From: Octopus sinensis | Taxonomy: Eukaryota | Reading direction: 5' to 3' | Assembly: GCF_006345805.1 (NCBI RefSeq) | Contig: NC_043006.1 | Location: forward strand, 69,130,001-69,194,000 | DNA: 64,000 nt | Shown: piece after piece, positions 1 through 12,983 of the stretch | Layout: each line of letters starts with the position of its first letter | Numbering within the stretch: the stretch's first letter is position 1 | Program-made: the position numbers and the translations under genes | Notes under the pieces: model-generated | The model's input: the letters and a program-made list of their open reading frames with translations, nothing else | Told to the model about the DNA's origin: nothing | The model's database searches: none

Positions 1-1150
1 GCTATAGTTTTGTGAGTACTTTCAACCTTCTTAGTTCATTACTTGTGATACTTAAACATCCCCAGCACAAGATGACTGCTTGTATATAACTCAGGGCTTC
101 CATCAAAGAGTCTTTATAAACCTGAATGTCATCCCCCCAAAAAAAACCCAGTTCTGAGACACAATTCAGAATTAGTATTTCCTCCGAAAGACACTGTTAC
201 CTGCAATTAGCTGGCTTCTATATTTTGACAAGCCATGTTGCTAGTCTTTCTGTTCTACAAATACGAGTGTAAGACGTTTCGGCGCAGTCCTTTTGGTGTC
301 GTTCATTTGACATCGCTGATTCGAAGTTGACTTATTTGACATCTCACGTTCTCCCCACCTCTCTCTCTCTCTCCTTCTCTCCCTCCTTCCCCCTCTCTCT
401 CTGTTTATGGGTGTGAGCATATTTCTCTCTTAATAAATTGTAAAAGTACAGTCACCAAAACAGGCTTAATGTCCAGACGGCCGCGTCAGATCCTCAGCGT
501 CCAAACAGCTGCATCCGATCGTCTCATTCTTTCCAACTATTGCGTGTGTACATATGTATCTATATGCTTATATCTATCTATATATATATATATACGTACA
601 TGTATACAAATATACGATATATGTATATATATATATGTGCATGCATATATACGTGTATATATATATATATAAACATGTGTGTGTGTATATGCTTGCATAT
701 ATACGTCTCTCCATATGTATGTGTATAAATGTACACACACACACACACACATACACACGGTTGTATATTGGGAGAATCAGATGCCCTGGTTGGTCATTTT
801 CGTCTCGTTCTTAGTTCAACTCTCACCACGATCAACTTCGCCTTTCATCCTCCCGGGGTCGATAAAATATACTCCTTATCAAGAACTAGGGTTGGTGGCG
901 CCGTCTAAATCACCTAATCCTCAAATTTTTGGCCTTGTGCGTAAACTAGAAACGTTCATAATTAGTCAGCTAGCTAATCAATTAGCGAATCGATTGCGTG
1001 ATTAATCGTTCGGTCAATCAATCAGTTTGCTGATTCGTCAGTCTTTCAGTCGCCGTTCATGACCTCGTTAATAACGCGCCCTCCTTACTGCAAGTCGATA
1101 TATATATATGTGCGTACATGTAAACAAACACACACACACATATATGTATA

Positions 1151-1188
<38 letters not shown>

Positions 1189-1688
1189 CAGATATCATTA
1201 AGTGACGCACAAGCCGAGAGTTTTATGCATCGGCACATATCAAACGATTTAATCTTATAAGTGTCAGTGCACGAAGCTCATGGCCCTTGAGTCACTCTAT
1301 AACATCTACTGATTAAATGCGCGCGCGCAAGTGTGTGTGCGTATGCGCGAATTGCCAAATCAGTTGTTTAATGTTGGCTGGTTGATGAACGATAGACAGA
1401 TTTTTTTTAAATAAAAAGATCGATATATATTTCAATATATAGACTACTAGCTTGATATATATTAAGTTGTAATCCAGTTGTCAGAACATGTTTGTATTTT
1501 TTCTCTTTTCTGCACTCAGAGACAAAACATGTACGTTACACATATATATAATAATGGATTGAGGGTGGGGAGTCTGGAAGAATTCGTAGTCTGTCTGGAG
1601 TTTTCTTGAAATTGCAACAAAAATTTCATCAAATCATGCCCTACGCATATCTTTTATCTTATTCTTTCGGTCATTAGAATGTGGCCAT

Positions 1689-1890
1689 AAGGCGGCGAGT
1701 TGGCAGAAACGTTAGTGCGTCGGGCAAAATGCTTGGCGGTATTTCGTCTGTCTTTAGGTTCTGAGTTCAAATTCCGCCGAGGTCGACTTTGCCTTTCATC
1801 CTTTCGGGATCGATAAATTAAATGCCAGTTGTGTACTGGGGTCGATCTAAAAGACTGGTCCCCCTCCCACCAAAATTTCCGGCCTTGTGC
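1689..1890 (+). mobile_element. tRNA-derived SINE family A, nested in a family-B SINE
   Basis: Head AAGGCGGCGAGTTGGCAGAAACGTTAG, B-box-like GAGTTCAAATTCC, and a 15-bp TSD TTAGAATGTGGCCAT at 1674-1688 and 1891-1905. Other copies at about 2301-2455, 10620-10825, 11102-11275, 16778-16990, 17416-17620, 38996-39440, 42265-42480, 43007-43210 and 44355-44570. Confidence 0.85.
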
Positions 1891-2551
1891 TTAGAATGTG
1901 GCCATGTTGGGACACTGCCTTGAAGCTTTTAATCGAACAAATCCATCGCAGGACGTATTTCATTTTCTCTAAGCTTGGTACGTATTCTGTCGGTCGCTTT
2001 TTGCCGAACCGCTGGTTAGGGAGTCGTAAAGAAACCGACACCGGTTGTCAAACAGTGGTGGGAGACAAGCATGAACGCGCGCGCGTGCAACACACACACA
2101 CGACCGGCTTCTTTGAAATCGGAACCATGTCGTTGGGAAGTGGTTTCTTAGCACATTGCAGCGCCTGCGGTTTATTTGTTATTTCTTTATAATCTATATT
2201 TGACAGAAAAGTATTGATAAATATATTACTGCAAGCTGCTTCGTTTTTCTTTATTCTATTTTTCAGACACATTAGTATGTTATTATTATTATTATTAATT
2301 AAGGCGGCGAACTGGCAGAATCGTTAGCACGCCGGACAAAATGCTTAGCGACATTTCGTCCGTCTTTACGTCCTCAGTTCAAATTCCGCCGAGGTTGGCT
2401 TTGCTTTTCATCCTCTCGGTGCCAATAAAATAAGTACCGGTTGAAGATTGGGGTCGTTTGTCATTACTCTACGTCTTTTTGATGTCCTGTACTCATATAT
2501 GTATGTATATATACATATATGTGTAAGTATGTACATGTATATATGCATATA

Positions 2552-2583
<32 letters not shown>

Positions 2584-2585
<2 letters not shown>

Positions 2586-2694
2586 CCTGTCCGCTTAGCC
2601 AGCGGGGTTGCGTTATCTGATGGCTAAAACAATGCGAAGCGCATTGTGACCAGCGATGTGTATCAACATCTGATAGCCTGGTCGGTCACGGTGA
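2584..2694 (+). repeat. Short dispersed repeat in TA tracts (probably the 3' end of a truncated retroposon)
   Basis: GGCTAAAACAATGCGAAGCGCATTGTGACCAGCGATGTGTA.CAACATCTGATAGCCTGGTCGGTCACG recurs at about 8515-8590 (+) and 10298-10418 (-). Confidence 0.7.
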
Positions 2695-2859
2695 TATATA
2701 TATATAGACTACAAAAAATGGGACAAGAACGCAACAGGCGACAACAAAACATCCAGACAATCAGATGATACAAGAAGTGACAAGAAAAACAATGACGGAT
2801 CATTCGGAGTATTCTTTCGTCAGTCGAGTTCCAGATCATCCTTGCAGTTTCGGCTGATA

Positions 2860-2894
<35 letters not shown>

Positions 2895-2909
2895 GATATA
2901 TATATATAT

Positions 2910-3262
2910 TCTTTTATTTGTTTCAGTCATTTGACTGCAGCCATACTGGAGCACCGCCTTAAAGGATTTCAGTCGAACGAATCGACCCCAGGACTTATTT
3001 TCTTAAGTCTAGTACTTATTCTTTCGGTCTTTTTTTTTTTACCGAGCCGCTAAGTTACGAGTACATAAACAAACCAACACCGGATGAACACAAACACACA
3101 CACACACACACACACGACGGGCTTATTTCACTTTCCGTCAACTAAACCCACTCAAGGTTTTGGTCGACCCGAGGCTATAGAAGGAGGCATTTGCCCAAGG
3201 TGCCACGCAGTGGGACTGAACCCGGAACCATGTGGTTAGGAAGCAAGCTTCTTATCATACAG
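2910..3262 (-). mobile_element. tRNA-derived SINE family B
   Basis: The head motif CCACATGGTTCCGGGTTCAGTCCCACTGCGTGGCACCTTGGGCAA and tail GGCGGTGCTCCAG...CAGTCAAATGACTGAAACAA are shared with copies at about 17085-17420, 19200-19620, 24400-24745, 28475-28855, 32797-33325, 43405-43900 and 53697-54030. Confidence 0.85.
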
Positions 3263-3808
3263 CTTTTATAATAGTGTTTTTTTTTCCCCCCAATGTTTCA
3301 TAACTTACCAGAAGAGAGAAGCAACTGTGTGGTTGTAGCGCTCGCCATATTCACTATGTGTGTGTGTGTGTGTGTGTATATTATATATATATATATATTT
3401 GTACATATGTGTGTGTGTGTGTGTCCATAAATATATGTAGGTGCCTGAGTATACATACATGTGTACGTGCGGTTAAGTATTTATATCTATATAAGTCTGT
3501 GTTCCTACGCCTGTCTACGAATATTTATGTACATGCCTCCACACACACACACACACACATATATGTATGTATATATATCCATGTATGTGGTTATTTACGG
3601 TTATTCGCATGGAATTTATATTTCTGCACAAATGTCTGTATTACATTATACGTTTTCCACTTAGTGTGTGTATGTGCATCTGTGTGTGTGTGTATTTGTC
3701 TGTTGGTGATGGTGTGTGTTACATAAAGACGTAATGTATGGGAGGAAGGTAGGGTGTGTGTGTGTGTGGCTGGCTGGCGGTCGAAAAATGATGTTTTCTA
3801 ATGAGTGA

Positions 3809-3826
3809 GGCGCCACCCAGACAGAC
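3809..3826 (+). promoter_or_regulatory. Candidate BMP-responsive Smad1/5-Smad4 element
   Basis: GGCGCCACCCAGACAGAC fits GGCGCC-N5-GNCV and contains two overlapping CAGAC boxes. It lies in non-repeat sequence upstream of BAMBI exon 2. Confidence 0.4.
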
Positions 3827-3936
3827 GGACCCACTGGTGCCCTGATTGTGTGTGTGGTTGGTTGGTTGGCTGGTTGGTTCGTTGTTCGGTTCGTGCGTCT
3901 ATGTGTATGCAACGCATACACACATTCGTATAATAA

Positions 3937-3969
<33 letters not shown>

Positions 3970-4083
3970 AGTATGTTTGTCCATACATGTGTGTGTGAGC
4001 GCATATATATATATATGTAAATATGCGTGCATATATGTGTATGACAGAGTCCATGCATGCATGTTTGTGTATGTGTGCTTATT

Positions 4084-4115
<32 letters not shown>

Positions 4116-5031
4116 GTATATATATATATGCTTATGTTTGGTTATATCTATATAATCTATATGTTCGTATGTGCACTTCCATGTATGTGTGTATATAGAT
4201 GTATATGCATGCATGTATATATATATATTTCGTGCCAGAAAATATTTTCTAAACCCCTTTTATGCAAATCTGATCGATGGACGTCTCTATGATTCATATA
4301 GGTATTTTACACGCTTGCGAGACCGAATAGACTAATATCAGCGTTCTGTTTGGATTTGAAATGCACACATTCCAACTTCTATTTGATGTTTGTATAGGGA
4401 ACAGCAAGGGCTCTGATTATACATAATATTAAACATATTATGTATAATATCGACAGATTATACATAAAATTAAAATTAAAACCCAAATTTCTCCATATCG
4501 AAGCTAAGCTTTATGTAGACAATGGTCTTACCTTTGTCTAAGGAAATTTATCTCAAGAGAATGACACGTTGAAGAAACGCTCTCACGTCTTTTATATTTT
4601 TATCACTGTTTTTTTTTTTAGGATGTACAGCAACACATCATTATTAAAACAAACAATATTGAAGTTTGATGAAGGGCCCTGCCGAAATCATATCTTTCCT
4701 CTTCCTCACAGCAAAGAAATATCTAAAACATTCCCAGAAGACAAAATGGAAAGGCGTTGCTCTTGGAGTATGTATGGCGAGGGAGTTGCGCTGGAACAGC
4801 CACTCTGACTCACGGGGCTCGCACCTGCGGGTAGCCATCTCTCCCCCATAGCAGTGAGCAGAGATTATGATCCGGGGAGTTGAGAACGCCGGAGAAGTCC
4901 GCTCAACTCAACAGTTATCTATTTCTTACAGATGTCACTATGCATTTTCCGACCGCAAACCATATGACACATTGCACTATATGCACAAACGCGCTAAACA
5001 CCTTCAGAATATAATCAATAACTTCGTTTAG

Positions 5032-5155
5032 AACATGTACTGAGTACTCCTTCCTCATGCGTTCGACACTGATCTACGTTGAATCTGTGTGTGTATGTGT
5101 GTGTGCAATATCATTGATTAGAACGCCTGTACCTGAATATACCCGTGTATTTTGT
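5032..5155. repeat. Dispersed repeat with an inverted partner at about 7328-7473
   Basis: ACATGTACTGAGTACTCCTTCCTCATGCGTTCGACAC...TTAGAACGCCTGTACCTGAATATACCCGTGTATTTTGT is the reverse complement of the sequence at 7328-7473. Confidence 0.8.
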
Positions 5156-5279
5156 TATTCATCCTCTCTGCTGACCAACAGATAATAAAAGATTTATGCA
5201 AATATGCTGACCAACAGATAATAAAAGATTTATGCAAATACTATAATGATACCTTCCTTCAATGAGACTTTCAGGATAA

Positions 5280-6260
5280 ATATGTTGTTAATATTAACTA
5301 GTTTAAAGTCAACGGTTGAAAAATAAACATAATCTGGCTTAATCTACACGGTTCAAAATAGTTGTACCTTTTACTGAAACTTTTCCCACCGTAACTTAGG
5401 TACCATAAAATATTTTTTTAAAATTTACAATATTTAAAAACAAACTTATGTCTAACTTTCGTATTTAACTTCACTCTGAACAAAGTGAAGTGTAGCTCTC
5501 TAAATTCAGTTTATACTTAATTTCCTCCTATACCCAGTCACAATCTCAGATGTAACTGTAATAAGCCGAATAACTTCCATATTACCGTAAATACCAATTC
5601 CAAAGACATTGTACTAGACAAACGTGGAATCGAATAAAACCCTCTTTTATGACATAGTAATGATATAAAGAGATAAAAAGGTTTATATTTAGATATACAA
5701 CTTCAATTATCCTTTATCCTTATCGGCCTTAACTATAATTATATCCATAATTTTAATCCTACTCAGATTAAATTTTGTCTCTCTATTCCAGTTTTAAGAG
5801 GTTTGTTAATTTGTCATGTGCTTCCTTTTATGTAATCAATCTACATCTACCCGTATCTTAAATATAATTATATATTTAATTTTATTTAATTCTTATCGTT
5901 CACCTGCAATGATTTACCTTTATACACCCGGTAGTTATGAAATACAACCTCTTTTGCAATCCCTCGTTAAAGATAAGCAATTTTTGTAAGCACAAGACTC
6001 TTTGTAGCCTCGTACAGACTGGTTTAAAAATACATATGAGTTATTTCCCTTGAATTAACCACTAAATTGAAATTTTTGAACCGATTTTTAAATTTACACC
6101 ATTGGGTGTTCTGTATGAGCGTCTCTTATCATCTTTTAATATTTTCATTACAAAAAAAAAAAAACAACGTTTTTTTCTTTTTGTCACAACACCGTACAAT
6201 ACAGAACTTGTTTGTATTTGGGGACTTTCTCACGTCATCACTTTACAGCTGTTTCGGTTC
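5280..6260 (-). mobile_element. Highly decayed Penelope-like element fragment
   Basis: Minus strand 5745-5710 reads DIIIVKADKDKG, resembling the PLE RT N-terminal IIxKADKG motif. A 3' half hammerhead motif, CCGAAACAGCTGTA, lies on minus at 6257-6244. Boundaries are approximate. Confidence 0.45.
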
Positions 6261-6455
6261 CTAATATAACAATACGCTTCATTCGTTTTTTTTTTGTTGT
6301 TTTTTTTTTTCACATTACTTCGAAAAGACTTGAAGAGAAAAACAGGACAGCCTTGGTATCTCAGTTAATATATATATATAAATTACAATACATTAAGAAC
6401 TTATACATCACAGTGTTTATTCATACGTATAACAAAAGGATTCGTTATTAGAATA

Positions 6456-6492
<37 letters not shown>

Positions 6493-6948
6493 GAATGTGT
6501 TAGTATGTCTCTATAGTTATGTGTGTGGTTGTGTGTATATGTATGTATTTGTAGTTGTGTGCGTATATTAATATCAGTGTATATACACATGTATGGGCCC
6601 CCAAGCATGGACTTGTGGTTAATGAGTTCGCTTTGACATCCTGATCTCATGGGTTCGTTCTCTTTGCGTGACATTTCGGTCAAGTGTATTTTTACCTTCA
6701 TCTCGAGTTGATCAGGTTTTCTTACAGCATGAAGAATGGATTGCGCTTGAAATTCAACGTGTCGACTTTATATCACACACGCTGTGTTATAATCATTCTG
6801 CTTGATAGTTACTTGAGGAGTACAAGTGTCTGTGGAGTAACTCGGAGGAGCCACCTACACTGAATAGATGATGCAATTGGTCGAACCACTGACAATAAAT
6901 TTTGTGGAAAATAAGAGAGGGTTCATTGAGGCTAATTTTGAATGTGTG

Positions 6949-6996
<48 letters not shown>

Positions 6997-7482
6997 ACAC
7001 ACACACACTCATATATAAGGCGCTTAGTTAGATAGGGCTCCCGATCATTGGAGCGGTGTTTCCATTCTCGCAACGAGAATGTCGAAATGATGCATGCTTT
7101 TCGGTTGTACACACACACACGCGCAGAAATTCTTTGAAAATCATATAGGTAATATGTCTGTCTGGCTGTCTATCTACATACACACTGAATTCTTTTTTGA
7201 TACCTGTATTTATGCGCAGATGTATGTGTACGTGCGTCTTTGCATCTATCCAGTTCTTTATGTCTACATAAACGTTTGTATTTATGTAGGTGTCTATCTA
7301 TCTGCCTATCTATCTATTTACACTCAAACAAAATACACGGGTGTATATTCAGGTACAGGCGTTCTAATCTATGATATTGCTCACACACACACACACACAT
7401 ACACACAAATACACACACATATTCAACGTAGATCTGTGTCGAACGCATGAGGAAGGAGTACTCAGTACATGTTGTGTATGGT

Positions 7483-7592
7483 TTATTTAAACTGAATATT
7501 TATCCGGCGACTCGTGTTTCTTGCCGCTGCGATCTTAGGTGGATCATGGCGTCCTGAAACTCGAGTCGCGAGATAAATATTCGGCTTACATA
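7483..7592. repeat. Short palindromic MITE-like hairpin
   Basis: AATATTTATC..GCGACTCG.GTTTC pairs with GAAAC.CGAGTCGC..GATAAATATT as nested inverted repeats. Confidence 0.65.
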
Positions 7593-7629
7593 ACACACAG
7601 ACACCCACACACACATGTATGTATATGTA

Positions 7630-7668
<39 letters not shown>

Positions 7669-7791
7669 GCTCACATAAATTAGAGCCGACGCCATACTTT
7701 TCATATCAGCCTTTCTGACGAGTATCGAAAGTGTTTTTTTCCAAAACGCTCGTGTACAGGATCAATTGCTGAAATCGGTTAAAATGATCTG

Positions 7792-7848
<57 letters not shown>

Positions 7849-8592
7849 ACCATTATTGTTTTTACGTATTTTGTATTTTTATTCGTGTAACATCGTCCGT
7901 TTTCCGTCCCTGTGTTGTATACATTCGAGGCTTTCTTCCAAGGAATCTAATGCGCTTGGCTTAGATTTCCCTTGGGGGCTGCCCAGATCGGAGCAATCTC
8001 AAGATTAATCAGCCGAAATTGCGAAGATGATCCGGTTCTTGACTGGAGATTGAGGGCTTCGAATGTCCCGTCCGTGTTTTTTGTGTCGTCTTCTAAATGT
8101 TTCACGTTCTGGTCCCAGTTTGTATTTTTTTTTTACTTTTACATATATATATATGTATATACCCACACATACAAACGCACGCACACCCACACACAAGTAT
8201 AAAATCAATATATATCAATATATTTTGTCATAAATTCACAGGCACACACGCGAAATATACATGGTTATGTTCAGGTACATGCGTTCTATCTGTACCTCCA
8301 ATATAACCGTGTACTCAAAGATAGAAACTCGGATTTCTAGCTTTTGGTGCTTTATTTTAAGAGTCCTGATGATATTTCTTTGAACCTGTCATCTTCCTTA
8401 CTTAACATTATACACACACATACACACGTATATACACCACACCGTATATACACGTATAAACACCATACACCACCATACCACACCACCTCGCGCGCACTAG
8501 CACTGACTACTGAAGGCTAAAACAATGCGAAGCGCATTGTGACCAGCGATGTGTAGCAACATCTGATAGCCTGGTCGGTCACGTGATCACTT

Positions 8593-8616
8593 GATATATG
8601 TATATATACATATGTA

Positions 8617-8676
<60 letters not shown>

Positions 8677-8802
8677 TATATGTATATATACGTATAAATG
8701 TGTGTATATATATGTATATATGTATGTATATATATGTATACGTATGTATATATATATATATATGTATACGTATGTATATATATATATATATATATATATA
8801 CG

Positions 8803-8834
<32 letters not shown>

Positions 8835-9311
8835 CGTATGTATATATAATATATATATATATATACGTATGTATATATATATATATATATATACGTATGT
8901 ATATATATATATTATATATATATACGTATGTATATATATATATATACGTATGTATATATATATATATATATATACGTATGTATATATATATATATATATG
9001 TATACGTATGTATATACATGTATGTATATGTATACGTATGTATATACATGTATGTATATGTATACGTATGTATATACATGTATGTATATGTATACATATG
9101 TATATACATGTATGTATATGTATACATATGTATATACATGTATATATATGTGTGTGTGTGTATATATATGTATGTATGTATACGTATGTATATACATGTG
9201 TATATATATATGTGTGTGTGTGTATGTATGTGTGTATATATGTATATGTATGTATAACATATGTATAAACATGTGTATGTATATATATATATATATATTA
9301 TATATATATAT
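8593..9311. repeat. Long (TA)n/(TATACGTATG)n compound microsatellite, representative of many similar tracts
   Basis: Directly visible periodic sequence; the source of the YIYI/MYVC ORFs. Confidence 0.95.
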
Positions 9312-9762
9312 ATCAACAATCAAGGAACGGCCATAATAGGCCATTCACCCACTAGAAATAACAGCCAAAGCTTCAACCGCAAATAAAAGTCAATTCCGTA
9401 AACCAGGAGAAAATTTAAAAAACATTTACCCTGTAATTTCTTATACGATGCACCGTTTCATCTGCTGTTTAATGGTAAACTAACCTGATTAAATTAAATC
9501 AAGCCAATCTTCCATAGGCCCTCAGATTCTTCAGATTCTTACTGAAGAATCTGAGGCCTATGGAAGATTGGCTTGATTTAATTTAATCAGGTTAGTTTAC
9601 CATTAAACAGCAGATGAAACGGTGCATCGTATAAGAATTACAGGGTAAATGTTTTTTAAATTTTCTCCTGGTTTACGGAATTGACTTTTATTTGCGGTTG
9701 AAGCTTTGGCTGTTATTTCTAGTGGGTGAATGGCCTATTATGGCCGTTCCTTGATTGTTGAT
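9312..9762. repeat. Near-perfect 450-bp palindrome (PLE inverted-pLTR-like), next to a TA microsatellite
   Basis: Arms 9312-9534 and 9542-9762 are reverse complements apart from two single-base indels seen by eye. The spacer is 7 nt (ATTCTTA). Confidence 0.95.
9535..9638 (+). ncRNA. Type-I hammerhead ribozyme, intact core
   Basis: Stem I ATTCTTA (9535-41)/TAAGAAT (9632-38); CTGAAGA (9542-48); stem II ATCTG/CAGAT with a long loop; GAAA (9616-19); near-palindromic stem III ACGGTGCATCGT; GUA cleavage triplet, cutting after 9631. Confidence 0.8.
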
Positions 9763-10419
9763 GTTGAACTTAAAAATGGTCTATGACTATTTAATTTTTT
9801 CCCACTAGGCCGCTGGTGGCAAAAAAATTCTACAAAATTTTTTTTTTGCCACCCTATATTGATTAATATATATATATATATATATGTGTATATATATGTA
9901 TATATATGTATATGAATATATATATATATATATATAAGATAGAGAAATAGATATACTATAAATATTATGAATAAATGTTTTATATTAAAGGGAAGTTTGT
10001 TGCATACATTTTAATATATGTAGTGAGTGAATGAATGTGTGTGTGTTTTTATTGTATGCATGTATGTTTTTTAGGCATCTCAACGTTTCAGAGTAGAGGC
10101 ATCAGTGAATGATCAATCACCATCGGTTGTTCTTTAATAAATCAATAAATATGTAAATTATTTCTCTCGCACCGCTTCCTGTCTCCGTGTTTACAATGTT
10201 TCGCCGAATTCAGATTTGTAAGGACTATGGCCATCATTTCTTTTTTTTCGTATATTGTTGTTGAGACAGAGAAGCTGTTCTCCATATATACATATATATC
10301 ACCGTGATCACCGTGACCGACCAGACCATCAGATGTTGCTACACATCGCTGGTCACAATGCGCTTCGCATTGTTTTAGCCTTCAAATGACGCTACCCCGC
10401 TGGCTAAGCGAGCAGGCGA

Positions 10420-10454
<35 letters not shown>

Positions 10455-10949
10455 TATATATATATATGCATGAATATGTATATTGTGTATACGAGTTTGT
10501 ATGTTCTATGTATATAGATTTATATAGCTGTTGATGGCTGCAGATTTATTTTCGCATCTCTCCATCTGTTTCCTTGTGACAAACGTAAGAAATAAGTGTG
10601 TGTGTGTGTTAGGAATTATAGCTGGTAGAATCGTTGGCACTCCAAGCGAAATGCACCAGGCATTTCGTCCGTCTGTACGTTCTGAGTTTAAATTCTTCTG
10701 AGGTCGACTTCACCTATCATCCTTTCGGGGTCGGTAAACTAAGACCGGTTGATTGGGGTCGATGTAATCGACTAGTCCCCTCGTCCAAAATTTCAGTCCT
10801 TGTTCCTTTAGTAGAAAGGATTATTATTATCTGTGTTATTGAGCAGAATATTTGCTGTAGCCCATCTTTTATACCAAGACAAAACAATGTACATGATAAC
10901 ACTTCCAATCAGTTAAGATTAGAAGCCATGAGAGGTACTGCATCAGGGC

Positions 10950-10986
<37 letters not shown>

Positions 10987-11062
10987 GTTATTATTATTAT
11001 TATTGTTATTATTATTATTATTATTATTGTTATTGTTATTGTTATTATTATTGTTATTATTA

Positions 11063-11101
<39 letters not shown>

Positions 11102-12635
11102 CGAGCTGGCAGAATCGTTAGCACGCTAGTCGAAATGTTTCCGTTCTGAGTTCAAATTCTGCCGAGGTCAACTTTGTCTTTTATCCTTTCGGGTCGATAA
11201 ATTAAGTACCAGTGAAACATTGGAGTCGATGTAATCGACTAGTTCTCTCCCCAAAAATCTCAGGCCTTGTGCCTAACAAGCAACTATAGGCAGGATAACG
11301 AAATTCGACTTGCTGTCGCGTTAGGATCATCCGGTTGTTCGTGTGGGGTTTCCTTTTGTGTAGCACTCAATGTTTTCTCACCTATTGAATCTTGCTTCTT
11401 TCTATTTTCTTTTCTTTTTCTTTTGTTACCTCTCTCTCTTTTTCTCATTTTAATATTGTCTTAAATGCCTGAACAAAGTCCTTAGTCTATCGTCTCACAT
11501 TGCATTCTGGGATCTTTTTAAATTACTTCCAACCGCTTGAAATTTTTAAATTTTTCGCTGATTATTTTGAAAGGATGCAACTCTGATGTAGTTTTGCTTG
11601 CTAATGACAAAAATCGCAATAATTTTCCTTGATATTAATAATAAAGCAGTTACAAGCATTTCAAGCTATATATATAATTTGAACCAATCGAAAGCTTCCA
11701 GTTGCCGACGCATCGTGGCTTCTGACTACCTTTGCCATGGAGATTAGCACGCGCAAAACTTTTACTTGGTCTCTCGGCCTGCTAGAAAGAGAATCCAAAT
11801 CTTCCTTAAACTTCACATCTGTTGATCTCTATGCTAGTCCATGGTATGTGGGCAACTAATAGTTTTCAATTGGCTAAAATTATGTAGGATCAAGTGCTTG
11901 TAATTTGTTTATTATTAATTTCCAGAAAAAAGAAATGGGATTTTCGTCATCAGCTAGCTAAGCTACATGAAAAGTGTAGGACACTATGATGAATTTTTAG
12001 TATATCATTGTGGCTAATAATGGAACTAATAGTGGCCCCACTGTAGTTCCCGAAGAGATCCAGGGTGACACAGAATGCGACAAGGCTGACCCTTTGGAAT
12101 ACAGGTATTATTCATTTTTGTCAGCTGAGTAGATGTGAAATAAAACGTCTTACTCAAGGACACAACATCTCACCAGGAACTGAACCTACTGACTATTCTC
12201 TAATTGGACCCTCTGCCAATACACTTTCACTCATAAGTTTTGATTTGACTTGAAGCTTTATAAAAGAACCTACCCACGATAACATGCTGTGGGATTGGAC
12301 CCACAATTTGTGAGAGCAAAGTGAATTTCTTAACTATTCAGCCATGTTTGGACCATCACCTTATTACATTTCTAACGACCCATATAAAAGTATGAACACT
12401 ACTACGCCTCATAATTCTTATCCTTAAAACATTGATTTTTGTTGCTTTCATCCTATAGTTTTTTCCACTCCGGTGAAAATTTTAAAACCTTCAAGTGGTT
12501 GGAAGGAAGATGTAAAAAGATCCAAGTTCTGTATTCTTCAAATTGTTTAACTGTTATTTTAAGTGTTTTAGGACAAAGAAATAATTCTTAACTAATGTAT
12601 TCCTTTTCTCTTTCTCTTTCCGGTATGATGACCAG

Positions 12636-12983
12636 GCGAGATACGCTGCCACTGTAATGAATCTGGCTGTGTAAGCACTGGCTACATGTGTAAGTCGCAC
12701 ACAGGCACCTGCTACACACTTGTCCACACAGACCAAAGCCAGACGAACACAGAAACGGAAGTATCGGTTCACGGTTGTGTGGACGGCTTGAGGATGGCAC
12801 ATCGGAGTTTATGTAACAGTGCTTTGACTGAAGAAAATCTCCAACAGAGCAGCAGATCAATGGGTGGCAGTAGTCTCCCTTTATTGTTGATGTGTTGTAA
12901 GAAGGACATGTGTAATTATATGAAGAAATTTGATAGACTTCATTTTGTGATGAATGCCCACTCAAATGGGAGTATTTTAAGAG
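12636..12983 (+). CDS. BAMBI: BAMBI coding exon 2 (Cys-rich activin/TGF-beta type-I-receptor-like ectodomain)
   Basis: A polypyrimidine tract and ccag| acceptor (AG 12634-12635) precede (G)EIRCHCNESGCVSTGYMCKSHTGTCY...VHGCVD...LLMCCKKDMCNY. This matches the vertebrate BAMBI pattern GEIRCYCD..CVATGYMCKS...HGC...CC..DMCNY as recalled. The donor is AGAG|gtcagt (GT 12984-12985). Both flanking introns are phase 1. Confidence 0.95.

Noticed and set aside
781-850. MPWLVIFVSFLVQLS as the BAMBI signal-peptide exon
   Set aside because: The sequence is a decayed family-A SINE (TTCGCCTTTCATCCTCCCGGGGTCGATAAA follows), and there is no phase-1 donor.
2800-2856. GAAA...CTGANGA order on minus (also about 8010-8065 and 48530-48572) as type-II/III hammerheads
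   Set aside because: The required helices could not be formed. At most these are decayed remnants in dispersed repeats.
4774-4835. MARELRWNSHSDSRGSHLR|gt as BAMBI exon 1
   Set aside because: It is not hydrophobic, the donor is weak and phase 0, and phase 1 is required.
7715-7751. CTGACGA-G-TAT-C-GAAA with a plausible stem III and CUC site
   Set aside because: There is no stem I pairing and stem II is only 1 bp, so it was not counted as a hammerhead.
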